Source: an uncultured archaeon
GTDB taxonomy: Archaea; Thermoplasmatota; Penumbrarchaeia; JASLWR01
NCBI GenBank assembly: GCA_964430885.1
Contig: CAYSHM010000022.1
Location: forward strand, 1-53,191
Length of the DNA: 53,191 nt
Direction of reading: 5' to 3'
Part shown: one piece after another, positions 52,701 through 53,191 of the stretch
Layout: every line of letters starts with the position of its first letter
Numbering within the stretch: the stretch's first letter is position 1
Notes under the pieces: generated by a model
Databases searched by the model: none
Seen by the model: only the letters and a program-made list of their open reading frames with translations
What the model was told of the DNA's origin: nothing
Translations under genes and position numbers: made by a program

Positions 52701-53191
52701 AGAAGACCGGAGGAAAATCAAGTACGAATTGGCGGAGGAAAAGAGGAGAGTTGAAGAGGAATTCACTAAGACCAGAGAGCAGATCGAGAGAAAGATATTG
52801 CCTGTGGAAAGGGAGGAAGTGTCAAGTGAAGACGAATTAGATCTGGAATCTGCTTCCAAGGCTGAAATTGACAATGTTGAAAAGCTTCTTGAACAGATCA
52901 AGGAGCAGGGGGAGGATATCCTTCATTTTGAAACGGTTCTGTTCGAGGCTAAATTTTCCTTTGATAACGAGAAGTACCAGGAAGCACTTGATTACTGTGA
53001 TACCATCAAAGAGATGATTTCGGATTATATTGATGTTGAGGAAGAAGAAGAGGTGGAAGAGGAAATCGAAGAAGAGGTGGAAGAGGAAATCGAAGAAGAG
53101 GTTGAAGAGGAAGTCGAAGAAGAGGTTGAAGAGGACGTCGAAGAAGAGATGGAAGAGGAAGTCGAAGAAGAGATGGAAGAGGAAGTCGAAG
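43777..53191 (+). CDS. giant (at least 3138 aa, 3'-truncated) cytoplasmic alpha-helical repeat protein, absent from the ORF track
   Basis: ATG 43777 with SD GAGGA at 43766-43770. The frame reads MAEENIRPQELL... and stays open to the window end. It is E/K/L/I-rich with no signal peptide and no TM segment noticed. Confidence 0.93.
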   Translation, partial: MAEENIRPQELLRGSSDQSGKKNSRVMNALKDLQSVMDGKIHTHIRDISEERLRYANSTLNKLEQDTGQEFQDIRFYLEKAQEALDSNDYTNMEKMLQAFSTAAEKHKKELLTGRLRTEIDEARSDLEVLDEAGVNVSSGMDYLEDAQRKVALEDYVKAEQIIQDLFDFIKRCKERDIKDIVQARFVRVKREYERLMKSDIDISAERGIFKEAVLAIREMDYLGGSILLKDVSERLKQAEKGYIVEKGRQLLNEYRSTFSYLKETDHFEEDYLSRIEAVLDRLNGSLAAGNVDRILPEMEIAERVMEEVVAKKDKVVKAKNLRKDIRALITSAEQQDIDVREERWTLDETDRMYELDLVDKMLVRLEEAKGSLAKKISMKKMMEAQHHLDLLKSALESEPQAIRDHPAIRAQLEEAETAFANEKYLTVIETCKDISSLVDQVQSEHKIKSIEARFPKVKDRINRNKELKIKTSKAEALYYQAKLYFEKKDLDSTLECLRMSEENLKESRIKWERRSLEAPFAEVNDLLVKARSMGGTVKDIVKLLKSVNENIENQEFETAHKELAGAKDALKVIIEKRWDQLIKRKISEIRKKMEEGSELGISIKNEKEGIPTVRKYLHDNNYEKAYDSIKVIETSLDGNIHGFKKKINGPKVEKAREDLEAFEKKWGKKIAALDQYVTMAIACLEEGAHDVLLNHLTNFYDIKEKYESSLQLNAFRKRLDEISEELDNYENLGLDVAKGRSLIGDATIHMSKEDVVSSSAVMEELENYTEKLKTEEAKAIAKRKFSDVKNQLLEMKNEGIPLDNGKKWMKRAIRAVDEEDYIKVIYYVNSADDALKEDRRMADRRLTIQILKELTGLISESEELGINISVIKGMMKESGMNLELDRNKKAHIIATDARNILQEKMKDRYMMKVQRSISETERIMERAQEMGVDTGEENKALIVARKLSDKQQFGSAVRELDSVEISLKRKITYQEKELNSRKISAALDNYLKLQEMTGRPLKDLNSFLDRARNALERYDYDTMDHHLLMYKEQSDHYRKRFLSAKYKNQIDQFRTRAGALEFIGLEAEGVAEMVDSAEGFLSSDRYDDLTEILDIIQSSLDQAGEKDAKELAVALLSEAGMKLKKLSGSEYSISSELKSVEEAKSLFDSGEFVDSCSSLVNALKDIDLMMERYNRAKVMKSIKKATVFLEGHLEHSYFTDDKQLQFKDILGELRILYEEDSIPEALEKTVILKEKIDEYQNGIQLLDDFNKLNDEWVELVNFAHKVNIKIAALEKSYHRAQSLASDERLDAAIDIAGRVINKLQDEIKDKRAKYAHSLLKKIREDLDKYGRLLDDTTEIKKGLKKGLALLEEKKHEDAIQIMDPLHDEIVEKRNRYLKDKLNDILTENERIMIENEDMGIDTSDMEVAFYKAKYNFEKGKYVLAKDFCVEAKKVGMEQRELYHKDRAGSLLGEVSSKYKRNMKLKISDAKLKDQLDKAAQQLDSKEFAKSVEIIQKIESILVEDHNQYLRNKMEKELSGVKDLITDLQSHHHYPDEELKPIESLYLEMKGLLAGGQFIELENRIKDFNGRIPSIKESLEYYDHLDRLGEEIKNTEHNFRETGIDLVKERRLLKKAKLLVKDRDFREVKELLNSIDQSIKDKVEVANMKEAQYMLRRASDIIEENHDLIKDVLPVEKYFAKASDLIDKKEYRKATASLRTLMDQIIKIKDESRKKKLRSSIETVKGIIKALEDFGEKVTYFNDLLDQAEAAMDRKNYDLSQRFITKAKDAAVKTRDDHYRSETYSLLPEIQKIVGEISSFGFDTSDIEGEIQSIHSLLKESSYFKARVKALKTLQRLKVVKKDQAKNKLDQSTSELSVKLDTAVEFGIDIEDFRADFDEKNRLLDEENYVEALDLMERVKVQLDSNIIQAVQEKADKELLSFMELLDNAEYLGIDIIDQRALITKFEEKISLGKSEEVIRALYEQSLTIRNSILNNDIVLLNSELDELEEETHRVLSDIRELVQNLKIDIEYGNIEKAEKELSDVQKLFEKRNISVKLEYYTNAISQSESRLVRLKGLSVECSLFEDTLNLSKEHLKRYEFSELKALLAELGELAEECEGVRAKDRANEIYSNIRQWSEQIGLDGLSEGLADDILKVEELITSKRYIRACEVGEDLLGSLKGQYDVFLREQVNLKMSQAEGFLVSISDNQNFHTDFISEFRKTIKETKDFINENELEKASEHLIIVDERLSETQNRLDIYAENEKYLELIAVLMDSAEELEIGLEEELTTMEGIKVQKESGEFHLSLGLLEGIKESLENKIDLKKMKNAGGLFQQMLSLIESSGDIVDNIEGIEEWISQAKDHLENKRFSDFSDVSNRIITTLNAAKEKASYGEISSLIESTMSQMKEAEALGISIENAEDVLNKAIDYLEKMEYDTARKYVLRTKEIIYQNRSEYYEKEAQKSIEDLKGLVEEMDSAGADTTKFQVILKDTIKKFNNKLFEESLVHSKEGLRQSGDHLKNHYFEKVTALLKELQIAFQSAVEIGIDVSQSQELQKDSNSYLEEENFAKAEETAKKAIEILRSGMDDKLKRETLKRLDRITELLDKANELGILLDKEMNTASSAREELDAGRPSVALEISEGLIKILEERILEGVKWDFRRRIDQGRREVDSIDLEILEKDEIEKLSVLNSLLDTLEGHFTREDFKLLDESFVEFQSILDDFSRAEVVRRYSRSIVELKESAEQYQKLGIQTDESLSLIEKARECLYDDKLKETSELIEEVNAFMESCSVKGEAEVSKIISSMKKDIEDAISLNVDVPDISGIEKLVQVLLEERRIIEALSTARNEWNRVIEILREKGRGIIQKEVKKLNVLLEESMSLGIDVQKVMGVLSKMEGIRRKKNIKESLEMVKNAREDLESRIEVAKDRKEAELRSRLNEYRHELVKWAEEADADVSALLTMLGEIEGILDSKFIFEAESRIESYNAAYEDFKKTIDKEDRRKIKYELAEEKRRVEEEFTKTREQIERKILPVEREEVSSEDELDLESASKAEIDNVEKLLEQIKEQGEDILHFETVLFEAKFSFDNEKYQEALDYCDTIKEMISDYIDVEEEEEVEEEIEEEVEEEIEEEVEEEVEEEVEEDVEEEMEEEVEEEMEEEVE
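43920..53022 (+). repeat. about 45 tandem ~66-aa helical units
   Basis: Turn codons of the [LM]G[IV]D-type motif fall at 43978, 44176, 44374, 44572, 44785, 44983, 45181, 45379, 45577 and so on to 52354, 52564 and 52909, mostly exactly 198 nt apart. Confidence 0.88.
53044..53191 (+). repeat. 24-nt tandem repeat (six copies plus partial) encoding (EEE[VIM])n
   Basis: Unit GAAGAAGAG(GTG/GTT/ATG)GAAGAGGA(A/C)(A/G)TC running to the window end. Confidence 0.95.

Noticed and set aside
43864-52901. About 25 short ORFs listed in the track, mostly on the minus strand and rich in Ser/Leu/Phe
   Set aside because: They are antisense or off-frame shadows of the giant + strand ORF's E/K-rich codons.
43777-53191. 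Calling the giant protein SMC/Rad50 or a phage tape-measure protein
   Set aside because: There is no N-terminal Walker A and no hinge noticed, helices are broken every 66 aa, and no phage genes are nearby.
53044-53191. Terminal repeat as a CRISPR array
   Set aside because: It has no unique spacers, is an in-frame coding tandem repeat, and there are no cas genes.

Overview
This 53-kb window reads as ordinary chromosome from an archaeon, most likely an anaerobic, protein-degrading Thermoplasmatota. That placement is an inference from gene families and protein architecture, not from a marker gene. I saw no rRNA, tRNA, CRISPR array, integrase or transposase. Most of the coding space is large single-pass or anchored surface proteins: an S8 protease, a DUF2341/LamG/propeller protein with a cytoplasmic J domain, a propeller/PKD protein, a TSP3-like repeat protein with a clan-CD protease domain, a transglutaminase-like protein and an acidic lipoprotein. 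Metabolic genes include an aromatic amino-acid decarboxylase, acs, rubrerythrin and a LarA-family enzyme. There is also a PP2C + FHA pair and a partly decayed MarR/SDR/flavodoxin block. The most striking feature is missing from the supplied ORF track. An open frame runs from ATG 43777 to the window end (at least 3138 codons, no stop) and is built from about 45 tandem helical units with a regular 66-aa (198-nt) period and higher-order block duplication, ending in an (E-E-E-[V/I/M])n tract. A single copy of the same unit sits in the cytoplasmic tail of the J-domain surface protein. This suggests, as a hypothesis only, a spectrin-like cytoplasmic rod coupled to a transmembrane Hsp70-recruiting anchor.
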